From Thermodesulfobacteriota bacterium (GTDB taxonomy: Bacteria; DASVDK01): a stretch of 34,888 nucleotides of DNA. Positions 26,711-34,888 of this stretch are shown piece after piece. The notes under the pieces are model-generated. The model saw nothing but the letters and a program-made list of their open reading frames with translations. It did not search any database and was not told the origin of the DNA. The stretch is from assembly GCA_036381125.1 (NCBI GenBank), contig DASVDK010000124.1, positions 1 to 34,888 on the forward strand, written 5' to 3'. Position 1 is the stretch's first letter. Every line of letters starts with the position of its first letter. The position numbers and the translations under genes were made by a program.

Positions 26711-27619
26711 TCAGGCGTCCCGGAGCGGGGTGCGGTCGGCCGCCATGCCCATGGCGTGATAGCCCTTGTCCACGTAGAGCGTGGCGCCGGTGATGCCCGA
26801 GGCGAGCGGCGAGGCGAGAAAGGCCGCGGCCGTCCCCACCTCCCGGGCGGTCAGCGCCTCGGGGAGCGGCGAGTTGGCGGCGTAGTACTCGATCATCTTC
26901 TCGATGGTCCCGATGGCCGAGGCGGCCCGGGAGGCGAGCGGACCCGCGGAGATGACGTTCACCCGGTGGCCCCACTTGCGGCCCGCCTCGTAGGCGAGGA
27001 CGCGCGTGTCGCTCTCGAGCGCGGCCTTGGCCGACGACATGCCGCCGCCGTAGCCCGGCACGACCCGCTCGGACGCGAGGTAGGTGAGGGCGAGGAACGA
27101 GCCGCCGGGACGGACGAGCGGTCCGAGACGCTGCACCATGGCGGCGTACGAATAGGCGCTCACCGACACGGCCGCGAGGTATCCTTTGCGGCTGGTCTCG
27201 AGCAGCGGCTTCTTCACCTCCGGGCCGTTGGCGAGGCTGTGCACGACGACGTCGAGGCAGGGGCGGCCGAAGTCGGCCTCGAGCCGGCGCGCGACGCCCT
27301 CGATGCTCACGTCTCCCTGGTCCTTGTAGCGCTTGTTCTCGCGCACCTCGGCCGGTACGTCCGCGTCGGTGTCGAAGGCCGCATCGAGCGGGTAGATCCG
27401 CTCGAACTCGAGGGTGCGGCCGTCCGGCATCTTCAGGGCGTCGGCGATCTTGCCCCGCTCGAGGAGCGTCTTGAAGATGCCGAGCGCGGGCGGCCAGGTG
27501 CCGAGGCACACGGTCGCGCCGGCTTCCGCGAGCGCCTTCGCGATGGCGAAGCCGAACCCGTCGTCGTCGGCCACGCCGGCGACGAACGCGCGCTTGCCGC
27601 CGAGATCGATAGCGAGCAT
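26711..27619 (-). CDS. fabI: enoyl-ACP reductase, long plastid/chlamydial type
   Basis: [63 protein letters not shown] and [24 protein letters not shown]. Confidence 0.93.
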   Translation of the reverse strand: MLAIDLGGKRAFVAGVADDDGFGFAIAKALAEAGATVCLGTWPPALGIFKTLLERGKIADALKMPDGRTLEFERIYPLDAAFDTDADVPAEVRENKRYKDQGDVSIEGVARRLEADFGRPCLDVVVHSLANGPEVKKPLLETSRKGYLAAVSVSAYSYAAMVQRLGPLVRPGGSFLALTYLASERVVPGYGGGMSSAKAALESDTRVLAYEAGRKWGHRVNVISAGPLASRAASAIGTIEKMIEYYAANSPLPEALTAREVGTAAAFLASPLASGITGATLYVDKGYHAMGMAADRTPLRDA

Positions 27620-27650
27620 CGAGCGCCCTCCTGGATGGGGGAACCGCGCG

Positions 27651-27659
27651 ATTCTAGCA
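27651..27659 (-). promoter_or_regulatory. extended -10 promoter for fabI
   Basis: Minus strand TG-C-TAGAAT about 30 nt upstream of ATG 27619. Confidence 0.55.
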
Positions 27660-27699
27660 AGCCCGGGCAGCCGGGTGACGACGTGGAGGGGCGCCGTTC

Positions 27700-29115
27700 G
27701 TGGATCGCGCTCGACGCACGCTGGCCGTCGCCGCCGTCGGGACCTTCATGGCGACGCTCGACTCGAGCATCGTCAACATCTCCCTGCCGGTGATCGCGGC
27801 CGACCTCGGGGCGGGCCTCGAGGCGACGCAGTGGGTCCAGATCGCCTACTCGCTCGGCGTCACGGCGCTCCTGCTCGTCGCCGGCCGGATGGCCGACCTC
27901 GTCGGCCGACGCCGGGTCTACGTCGCGGGGCTCGTCGCCTTCACCGCCGCGTCCGTGGCCTGCGGCGCGGCGCCGGACATCGCGAGCCTCATCGCCGGAC
28001 GCGGCGCGCAGGCAGTGGGAGCCGCCATGATCATGGCCAACGGCCCGGCGCTGGTCGCCCAGGCCTTCGAGCCGGGGCGCCGGGGGCGCGCCCTCGCCGT
28101 GGTGGCCGTCACGGTCTCGATCGGGCTCACGCTCGGCAGCTCCGCGGGGGGCTTCCTCACCTCGCTCTTCGGCTGGCGGAGCATCTTCTTCGTGAACCTC
28201 CCCATCGGGCTCGGCGGCGCCTGGTTCGGATGGCGGGTGCTCGGGGAGACGGCGGACGAGCGACCGGCGTCGAGCGCGTCGCGGCACGGCTTCGATTGGC
28301 CGGGCGCGCTCGCCTCCGCGGTCGGCCTGGGCCTCATGCTCCTCGCCGTCTCGCGCGGCGCCGAGTGGGGGTGGGGCAGCGTGCCGACGGCCGGCTGCCT
28401 CGCCGCGGCCGGCGCGAGCCTCGCCGCGTTCCTCCGACACGAGGCGCGCACCGCGAACCCGCTCCTGCCGCTCGACCTCTTCCGCAACCGGACGTTTCGC
28501 ACGGCGAACGCCGCCTCGCTCCTCACCTTCACGGCGACCGTCGCCCTGACGTTCCTCGTCCCCTTCTACCTCGTCACGATCATGGGGCGATCGCCGGCCG
28601 AGGCGGGCCTGATCTACCTCGCGGCGCCGCTCTCCCTCTCGCTCCTCGCGCCGGTCGGCGGCCGGCTGGCCGACCGGGCGGGGACGCGCGGGCCGACGGT
28701 GGCCGGTCTCGCGCTGGTCGTGGCCGGCCTCCTGCTCGTCGCCGAGCTGGGAGCCGCGGCGACGGCGTGGGACGTCGTCTGGCGGCTCGTCGTCGTGGGG
28801 GCCGGCCAGGGGCTCTTCCAGACGCCCAACAACACGGCGCTCCTCTCGTCGGCGCCCATGGCCCGGCTCGGCATCGCCTCCGGGCTGCAGGCCGTCATGC
28901 GCAACCTCGGGCTGGCGCTCGGCGTGGCGATCGCCGGCGCGCTGCTCGCCGCGGCGGGCGCCTCGCTCCACGACGTCTCCTTCCTGCGGGGCTTCCGGCT
29001 CGCGCTGCGCGTGTCGGCCGGCCTGGCGGCGGTCGCCCTGGTCCTCTGCGCGAAGCGGGACGGCCGGCAGCCGGCGCTACAATCCGGCCTTTCGCGCGGG
29101 GTGGACGGCGCGTGA
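27700..29115 (+). CDS. MFS transporter, DHA2 (EmrB/QacA-like, 14 TMS)
   Basis: [50 protein letters not shown] and LFQTPN. Confidence 0.92.
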   Translation: MDRARRTLAVAAVGTFMATLDSSIVNISLPVIAADLGAGLEATQWVQIAYSLGVTALLLVAGRMADLVGRRRVYVAGLVAFTAASVACGAAPDIASLIAGRGAQAVGAAMIMANGPALVAQAFEPGRRGRALAVVAVTVSIGLTLGSSAGGFLTSLFGWRSIFFVNLPIGLGGAWFGWRVLGETADERPASSASRHGFDWPGALASAVGLGLMLLAVSRGAEWGWGSVPTAGCLAAAGASLAAFLRHEARTANPLLPLDLFRNRTFRTANAASLLTFTATVALTFLVPFYLVTIMGRSPAEAGLIYLAAPLSLSLLAPVGGRLADRAGTRGPTVAGLALVVAGLLLVAELGAAATAWDVVWRLVVVGAGQGLFQTPNNTALLSSAPMARLGIASGLQAVMRNLGLALGVAIAGALLAAAGASLHDVSFLRGFRLALRVSAGLAAVALVLCAKRDGRQPALQSGLSRGVDGA

Positions 29116-30395
29116 ACGTGTCGGTCGAGACGGTCGTCGTGGGAGCGGGTCCGGCGGGTCTCGGGGTGGCCGTGGGGCTCGCCGCCCGCGGCCGGGAGGC
29201 GCTCGTCGTCGACCGCGCCCGGTTCCCGCGCGACAAGATCTGCGGCGACTTCATGGGGCCGGGCGCCGCGGCGGCGCTCGGTCGCCTCGGCCTCCTCGCC
29301 GACCTGCCGGCCGGCGTGGCCCGTCCGCTGTCGGGGATGCGGCTCACGGCCGCGCGCGCGCCCGGGACCGTGGTGGTCGGGCGCTACGACGCGGCGCGTC
29401 AGGGCCTCGCCGCCCGGCGACGCGACCTCGACGCCGCCCTCCTGGTCGCCTCGCGGGCGCGCGGCGTCCGGGTCCTCGAAGGGGTGCGCGTGCTCGACCT
29501 GCTGCGCGACCGTCGCGGCGCCGCGGCCGGCGTGCTCGCGGAGGGGCCGGGGCGCGAGCCGCTCGAGATCCGCGCCCGGCTGGTCGTCGGGGCCGACGGC
29601 CGGCACTCGGTGGTCGCGCGCCGGCTCGGCCTGGCGAGGCCGGCGCCGCCGGGCTTCCGCCGGTTCGCCGTCCGGGCCTTTTTCGCCGACCCGCTGGCCG
29701 GGGCGTCGCAGGCGCCGGCCTTCGGCGAGATGCACCTCGGCGAGGGGGGGCTCTACGGCGGCCTCTCGGCGCTTCCGGGCGGCCTCGCGTCGGTCTGCCT
29801 CGTGACCGATCACGCCCGCCTGCCGCGCGGCCGCGAGGCGCTCGCGAGCTGGTACGACGCGCAGGTCGCCGCGTTCCCGGCGCTCGCCCGCCGGCTCGCC
29901 GGCGGGCGCCGCGTGTCGGGGGTCGAGGCCCTGGGGCCGCTGGCCGTGGGGGCGGCGGGTGTCGTCGCCGACGGCGCCCTGCTCGTGGGGGACGCGGCCG
30001 GCTTCTTCGACCCGCTGACGGGGGAGGGGATGCTCACCGCGCTGCGCGGTGCCGAGCTTGCGGTGGAGGCGGCCGACCGGGCGCTCGAGGCGGGCGACGT
30101 GCGCGCCGCGGCCCTCGGCGGGTACGTCCGGGCGAGGCGCGCCGAGTTCGCGCCGCGGCTGCGGCTCGACCGGGCCCTCCAGATGGTCGTGCCGCGGCCG
30201 GCGCTCGCCGCCTGGCTCGCGCGTTGCCTCGCCTCGCGGCCGCCGGCGGCCGATCGGCTCGTGCGGCTGTCGGGCGGCGACCTGCCCGTCCGCACGGCGC
30301 TCGGCGGCGCGGTCCTCGTCGGCCTGGCAGGGGTCCTGCCGGCGGAGGGTCGGGCAGCGGATCGGACCCCGACCCGGATCGACGTCGAGACCTGA
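29112..30395 (+). CDS. FAD-dependent oxidoreductase (geranylgeranyl reductase/FixC-like)
   Basis: VVGAGPAG, FPRDKICGD, VGADGRHS and LLVGDAAGFFDPLTGEG; GTGA overlap with the MFS stop. Confidence 0.9.
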   Translation: MNVSVETVVVGAGPAGLGVAVGLAARGREALVVDRARFPRDKICGDFMGPGAAAALGRLGLLADLPAGVARPLSGMRLTAARAPGTVVVGRYDAARQGLAARRRDLDAALLVASRARGVRVLEGVRVLDLLRDRRGAAAGVLAEGPGREPLEIRARLVVGADGRHSVVARRLGLARPAPPGFRRFAVRAFFADPLAGASQAPAFGEMHLGEGGLYGGLSALPGGLASVCLVTDHARLPRGREALASWYDAQVAAFPALARRLAGGRRVSGVEALGPLAVGAAGVVADGALLVGDAAGFFDPLTGEGMLTALRGAELAVEAADRALEAGDVRAAALGGYVRARRAEFAPRLRLDRALQMVVPRPALAAWLARCLASRPPAADRLVRLSGGDLPVRTALGGAVLVGLAGVLPAEGRAADRTPTRIDVET

Positions 30396-30398
30396 CCC
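30376..30398 (+). repeat. degenerate REP-like copy containing the oxidoreductase stop codon
   Basis: ACGTCGAGACCTGACCC resembles the B-type unit AACGTTGAGACCTGACCCC; it lies at a convergent junction. Confidence 0.55.
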
Positions 30399-30401
30399 GG
30401 G

Positions 30402-30767
30402 CTACCGCGAGATGCCGGGGGCCGGCGCGGGCGAGGGCGGGGGGACGAAGGGGCCCGAGGGGGCGGGGCCGGCTGGCGGAGCGGGGGCGCCCGGCGCGAC
30501 GGCGGTCGGCGGTAGCGGCGTCGCCGGCACCGCGGTGCCCGGCGTGGAGCGCTCCGGCGAGGGGAAGCCCTCCGGGCGCAGGGGGACCTCGTCGGGCCTG
30601 ATCGGACGGGGCGCCGTCGGCTCGCCCGGCTGCACCGGCCGCTCGGGCGGCAGGTCGAAGGGGGGCGCCCGGTCGGCCGGCCGGGTGGGGCTCTCGGCGG
30701 CCCGGGACGCGGCGACGAGCGGGACGCCCGCGAGGGCGAGAGCGAGGATGACGAGCGTGGAGCGCAT
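30402..30767 (-). CDS. small exported proline-rich protein
   Basis: RBS GGAGG; signal peptide MRSTLVILALALAGVPLVAASRA; mature part is low-complexity and Pro-rich. Confidence 0.65.
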   Translation of the reverse strand: MRSTLVILALALAGVPLVAASRAAESPTRPADRAPPFDLPPERPVQPGEPTAPRPIRPDEVPLRPEGFPSPERSTPGTAVPATPLPPTAVAPGAPAPPAGPAPSGPFVPPPSPAPAPGISR

Positions 30768-30863
30768 GGGGGTAGCCTCCGGAGGGCATCGGCGGTCGGA
30801 CCGACGCGAAGCGGGCAAGTCGCGTGCCGCGGCGGCGCGACGGCTCGCGCGGGAGCGGGGCGC

Positions 30864-31637
30864 GTGACGCTTTTCCGACGCAGGCCGCGGCTCGCCATCC
30901 TGCCGTTCTCCGGCATGATCTCCCAGCGCTCGGTCGAGCCCTACCTGCCGCTCGTGGCCGCCCTCGAGCGGGACCGGCGCGTGGCCGGGGTGCTGCTCTG
31001 GCTCGGCACGAGCGGAGGCTCGGCGACCGCGTCGGAGCTGCTCTACTTCGCCCTCGGGCGGCTCGCCCGCGCCAAGCCGCTCCACGCCTACGCGCCGCTC
31101 GCGGCGTCGGGCGGCTACTGGCTCGCCTGCGCCGCCGCGCGCATCACCGCGCCCCCCACCGGCATGGTCGGGTCGATCGGCGTGCTCAGCGTGAAGCCGG
31201 TCCTCGAAGGGGCGCTCGCCCGGCTCGGCATCCAGGTGGAGGTCTTCACGAAGGGCTCGGAGAAGGGGGCGCTGCTGCCGCTCGGGCCGACCCCGGACGC
31301 GGCGCGCGCCTCGCTCGACGCCGTGCAGGCCGCCATCTACGAGCGCTTCATCGACGTGGTGGCCGCCGCGCGGCGGCTCGCGCCGGAGGCGGTGCGGGCC
31401 CTCGCGACCGGCGCCCTCTTCCCCGCGGACGCCGCCCGGGCGGCCGGCCTCCTCGACGCGGTCGGCGAGCCGGAGGCGGCTATCGAGGCGCTGGCGCGCG
31501 AGGCAGGGGTCGATCCGAGGCGCCGCGTCACGACGAGGCCGAGGCGGTCCCTCCTCTCGCGCATCGCCGGGCATGCGGCGGCTGCGCTGGCCGACGAACT
31601 CGAGATGCGGCTCGCGGCGCCGCCGGGGGGATGGTGA
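30864..31637 (+). CDS. S49 family peptidase (short SppA-like)
   Basis: TSGGS, LAASGGYWLAC (catalytic Ser), VGSIGV, YERFIDVVAAAR, ATG.LF and AGLLD.VG. Confidence 0.88.
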   Translation: MTLFRRRPRLAILPFSGMISQRSVEPYLPLVAALERDRRVAGVLLWLGTSGGSATASELLYFALGRLARAKPLHAYAPLAASGGYWLACAAARITAPPTGMVGSIGVLSVKPVLEGALARLGIQVEVFTKGSEKGALLPLGPTPDAARASLDAVQAAIYERFIDVVAAARRLAPEAVRALATGALFPADAARAAGLLDAVGEPEAAIEALAREAGVDPRRRVTTRPRRSLLSRIAGHAAAALADELEMRLAAPPGGW

Positions 31638-31686
31638 TGTCGGTGGCCGCTCGCCTCGGCGGCGGGCACCGCTCCGGAGGGCCGGC

Positions 31687-32562
31687 GTGATCCGCGAGGC
31701 GACGACCGAAGCGCTCGGCAGCCCCGCGCGGTACCTCGAGGTCCGTCCGCCGGCCGAGCGGCGCCCGCCGCTGCTCCTGGTCCACGGCTTCAACGCGTGG
31801 GCCGACCTCTGGCGGCCGAACCTCGAGGGGCTGGCCGCCGCCGGGCGCCGGGTCGTGGCGGTCGACCTCCCGGTCCACGGCGGCACGCCGCCGCCGGCGC
31901 GGGCGGCCGACCTCTCGGTGGGGGGATTCGTCCGCTTCCTGCTCGAGATCCAGGAGCGCCTCGGGCTCGCCGGCGGCGACGTCGTCGGGCACTCCTTCGG
32001 CGGGCTCCTCTCGGCACGCCTCGCCCTCGATCACCCGGCTCGGGTGCGCCGCCTGGTCCTCGTCTCCTCGGCCGGCCTCGGGCTCGCCGTGCCGCTCCGC
32101 ACGATGCTCGCCTTCACGCGGCTCGTGGCGACCACGCAGCTTCGAGGCGTCGACCCGGAGCGGACGCGCCGGTACGTGCTGACCTACGTCTGCGCCGCGC
32201 GGCCCGACCTGGACGAGTCGCTCCTCCCCCTCATCGGCGCCGGCTGGCGCGACCCGGTGCGGCGCCGGGCGCTCGCCAGGCTCGGCCTCGCCTTCCTCGC
32301 GCGCGAGGCCGACGTGCGGCGCGAGCTGCCCCGCCTCGGGTCGCGGCTCATGCTCCTCTGGGGCGCGGAGGACCGGCTCCTGCCGGTGGCGCTCGGTCGG
32401 CGGGCAGCGCGGCGCGTGCCTGGCGCGCGGCTCGTGGTCTTCGAGCGGTGCGGCCACATGCCGAACCTGGAGTGGCCGGCGCGCTTCACGGAGGTCGTGA
32501 CGGGGTTCCTCGACGAGGGGGCGGCGGCGAGCGCGGCCGCCGAGGCGAGCACCCGGACGTGA
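31687..32562 (+). CDS. alpha/beta fold hydrolase (Abhydrolase_1)
   Basis: RBS GGAGGG; LLLVHGF, AVDLPVHG, VGHSFGG, WGAED and CGHMPNLE (Ser-Asp-His triad). Confidence 0.9.
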   Translation: MIREATTEALGSPARYLEVRPPAERRPPLLLVHGFNAWADLWRPNLEGLAAAGRRVVAVDLPVHGGTPPPARAADLSVGGFVRFLLEIQERLGLAGGDVVGHSFGGLLSARLALDHPARVRRLVLVSSAGLGLAVPLRTMLAFTRLVATTQLRGVDPERTRRYVLTYVCAARPDLDESLLPLIGAGWRDPVRRRALARLGLAFLAREADVRRELPRLGSRLMLLWGAEDRLLPVALGRRAARRVPGARLVVFERCGHMPNLEWPARFTEVVTGFLDEGAAASAAAEASTRT

Positions 32563-32637
32563 CCGGCGGCTCGCGGGACCGGCGAGCCGCGGAGCCCGGC
32601 GGCGAGCGGGCGCACGGACGCGGGCCGCTGGTGGCAA

Positions 32638-32710
32638 TGGGGCCGGCGGGGATCGAACCCGCGACTCGCCGCTTAAAAGGCGGCTACTCTACCAGCTGAG
32701 TTACGGCCCC
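32638..32710 (-). tRNA. tRNA-Lys (anticodon UUU), CCA not encoded
   Basis: GGGGCCGTAACTCAGCTGGTAGAGTAGCCGCCTTTTAAGCGGCGAGTCGCGGGTTCGATCCCCGCCGGCCCCA: 7-bp acceptor stem, anticodon arm GCCGC-CTTTTAA-GCGGC and T-loop GTTCGAT; followed by TTG. Confidence 0.96.
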
Positions 32711-32785
32711 GCGCACGCCGGCGGCATCGCCGGCCGGCATTGTCGCAGAGGGGCACCGGGCGCGCAAGGCGCGGCCCGGTCCCGG

Positions 32786-32817
32786 CGACCCCGAGGCATC
32801 CCGACCCCGAGGCATCC
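32786..32817 (+). repeat. perfect 16-bp tandem duplication covering the mgtE RBS
   Basis: CGACCCCGAGGCATCC twice, ending 1 nt before ATG 32819. Confidence 0.85.
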
Positions 32818-32818
32818 C

Positions 32819-34177
32819 ATGACCGAATCGACCTCTCACGCACCCCCGGACGTCGACCGCCTGCTCGATGCGCGCGACCTCGAGACGCTCAAGGGGGTGC
32901 TGGCGGCCATGCCGCAGTCCGACGTGGCGTCGCTGCTCGCCGAGCGCTCCGAGGCCGATCAGGTCATCCTCTTCCGGCTCCTCGACAAGGACCGCGCCAT
33001 CGAGGTGTTCGAGCAGCTCGACGTCGACCAGCAGCGCCGCCTCCTCGAGGGCTTCACCGAGGAGCGGGCCCGGGAGGTGATCGCCTCGCTCGACCCCGAC
33101 GACCGCGCGCGCCTGCTCGACGAGCTGCCGGCCAAGGTGGCCAAGCGTCTCCTCCAGGCGCTGCCGCCGGCGGCGCGCGAGGCGACCGCGACCCTCCTCG
33201 GGTACCCCGAGCAGACGGCGGGTCGCATCATGACGCCCGAGTACGTCGACCTGCGCGCCACGATGACCGCAGGCGAGGCGCTGGCCCGTATCCGCGCCAT
33301 CGGGCTCGACCGCGAGACGATCTACACCTGCTTCGTGGTGGACGCGACTCGCCACCTGCTCGGCACGGTCTCGCTCAAGGACCTCGTGCTGGCCCCGCCG
33401 GGGGCGCTCGTGGCCGGGCTCATGACGCCCAATCCGGTCAGCGCGAGGACCGAGGACGACCAGGAGGAGGTGGCGCGCCTGCTCAGCCGCCACGACCTGC
33501 TCGCCGTCCCGATCCTCGATCGCGAGGGGCGTCTCGTCGGCATCGTCACGGTCGACGACGTGGTGGACGTCCTCGAGGCCGAGGCGACCGAGGACATCTA
33601 CCGGATGGGCGCGGTCGAGACGGGCGACGCGAGCTACTTCCGCGCGGGGATCGGCAGCGCGGTGCGCCAGCGGATCGGCTGGCTGCTCCTGCTGCTCGCG
33701 ACCAACACCCTCACGAGCCAGATCATCTCGAGCCAGGCCGACCTCCTCACCGTCTCGGTCGTCCTCGCGGCCTTCATCCCGCTCCTCACGGCGAGCGGCG
33801 GCAACGTCGGCGCGCAGTCCTCGACGGTGGTGATCCGCGGCCTGGCCGTGCAGGAGCTGAGCTGGAAGCGCGCGCCCGCGACGCTCCTGCGCGAGGGCGC
33901 CGTCGGCCTGCTGATCGGGCTCGCCCTCGGCGCGCTCGCGTTCGGGTGGGCGGCGTGGCTCTCCGGCAGCCTGGCCGTGGCCGCGGTGGTCGGCGGGACG
34001 CTGGTGGTCGTCACGACCCTCGCGAGCCTGACCGGCACCCTGCTGCCGCTCGTCTTCGCGCGGCTCGGGCTCGACCCGGCGCTCATGTCGACCCCGTTCA
34101 TCACGACGGTCGTGGACGTGGTCGGGGTGCTACTCTACTTCGCGATGGCGCGGGTGGTCCTCGAGCGCCTGCACTAG
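32819..34177 (+). CDS. mgtE: magnesium transporter MgtE
   Basis: MgtE N domain (LDPDDRA.LLDELP), YPEQTAGRIMTPEYV, CBS pair (LVGIVTVDD), FIPLL..SGGNVGAQS and LDPALMSTPFITTVVD. Confidence 0.96.
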   Translation: MTESTSHAPPDVDRLLDARDLETLKGVLAAMPQSDVASLLAERSEADQVILFRLLDKDRAIEVFEQLDVDQQRRLLEGFTEERAREVIASLDPDDRARLLDELPAKVAKRLLQALPPAAREATATLLGYPEQTAGRIMTPEYVDLRATMTAGEALARIRAIGLDRETIYTCFVVDATRHLLGTVSLKDLVLAPPGALVAGLMTPNPVSARTEDDQEEVARLLSRHDLLAVPILDREGRLVGIVTVDDVVDVLEAEATEDIYRMGAVETGDASYFRAGIGSAVRQRIGWLLLLLATNTLTSQIISSQADLLTVSVVLAAFIPLLTASGGNVGAQSSTVVIRGLAVQELSWKRAPATLLREGAVGLLIGLALGALAFGWAAWLSGSLAVAAVVGGTLVVVTTLASLTGTLLPLVFARLGLDPALMSTPFITTVVDVVGVLLYFAMARVVLERLH

Positions 34178-34238
34178 GGACCGACCCTCGCGACCCGGCG
34201 GCGCGGCGCCGGCGCGCCCACGCCGCGGAGGTGACGCC

Positions 34239-34888
34239 GTGTCTGGTCGTATCCCGCTCTTTCGCGTGGCCGGCATCCAGGTGAACGCCAACTGGAGCTG
34301 GCTCATCATCGTCGCCCTGATCACCGTCTCGCTGGCCGGCGGCTTCTTCCCCGCCGCCCTGCCCGGCCGCTCGCCCGCCGCCTACTGGCTCCTCGGGCTC
34401 CTGACGGCGCTGCTCTTCTTCGGCTCGCTCCTCGCCCACGAGCTGGCGCACTCCCTCGTCGCCCGCGCGTATGGGCTGCCGGTGCGCGAGATCCTCCTGT
34501 TCGTCTTCGGGGGCATCTCGAACATCGAGCGGGAGGCCCACGAGCCGCGGGTCGAGTTCCGCGTGGCGGTGGTCGGCCCGCTCACGAGCTTCGCGATCGC
34601 GGGCCTCGCCTGGCTGCTCGGGCAGGCGACCTCCGGCGCCACGCGCGTGGTCCTCGGCTATCTCGTGGTGGTGAACCTCTTCGTCGGCATCTTCAACCTG
34701 CTGCCCGGCTTCCCGCTCGACGGCGGCCGGGTGCTCAGGGCCTGGCTCTGGCACCGGTGGCGCGACGCGGGTCGCGCCACGCGGGCCGCCGCGGGCGTCG
34801 GCACGGGCCTCGGCTGGACGCTCGTCGTGCTCGGCGCCCTCCAGGCGCTCGCCGGCGGCCTGGCCGGCGGGCTCTGGATGGCGCTGAT
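34239..34888 (+). CDS. site-2 protease (M50 family), 3' truncated by window edge
   Basis: RBS GGAGGTG and GTG 34239; translation IPLFRVAGIQVNANWSWLII...LLAHELAHS...LFVFGG...GPLTS...FNLLPGFPLDGGRVL. Absent from the supplied ORF track because it has no stop. Confidence 0.93.
   Translation, partial: MSGRIPLFRVAGIQVNANWSWLIIVALITVSLAGGFFPAALPGRSPAAYWLLGLLTALLFFGSLLAHELAHSLVARAYGLPVREILLFVFGGISNIEREAHEPRVEFRVAVVGPLTSFAIAGLAWLLGQATSGATRVVLGYLVVVNLFVGIFNLLPGFPLDGGRVLRAWLWHRWRDAGRATRAAAGVGTGLGWTLVVLGALQALAGGLAGGLWMAL

Noticed and set aside
32638..32710. tRNA-Lys as an integration site for a genomic island
   Set aside because: No integrase, no duplicated tRNA 3' end and no compositional shift noticed in the window.

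Overview
A very GC-rich chromosomal segment from a diderm bacterium; the taxon cannot be fixed from sequence alone. It is mostly housekeeping, metabolic and stress genes: the end of an M1 aminopeptidase, a CheB-CheR-PAS-HK-REC hybrid kinase (one frameshift), an Imm5-like protein, a divergent EamA/MocR pair, metH, an amidohydrolase divergent from a thioesterase-amrB-small subunit-amidase operon, a zinc-ribbon protein, a PRC/YsnF protein, DUF3108, an M48 lipoprotein, pcm, two alpha/beta hydrolases, a plastid/chlamydial-type fabI, MFS plus FAD oxidoreductase, an S49 peptidase, tRNA-Lys(UUU), mgtE and a truncated site-2 protease. I found no transposase, integrase, phage gene or CRISPR array. Five things stand out. 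(1) An eroded two-gene operon encodes an exported His-rich CbiX-like chelatase-fold protein and a heme-type TonB receptor behind a cluster of palindromes. (2) A 25-bp REP-like repeat family (GGGGTCAGGTCT/AGACCTGACCCC, two subtypes) sits at convergent gene ends and supplies stop codons to three genes. (3) An unannotated transcription unit at about 20565-20947 has a structured leader and a small ORF whose UGA gives U-P-A-C and is followed by a SECIS-shaped hairpin (speculative selenoprotein or sRNA). (4) Three sigma54-type promoters precede stress-type genes. (5) amrB lies in a translationally coupled operon with a thioesterase and an AtzG/GatC-like subunit plus amidase. All family assignments come from motif recognition, not database searches.
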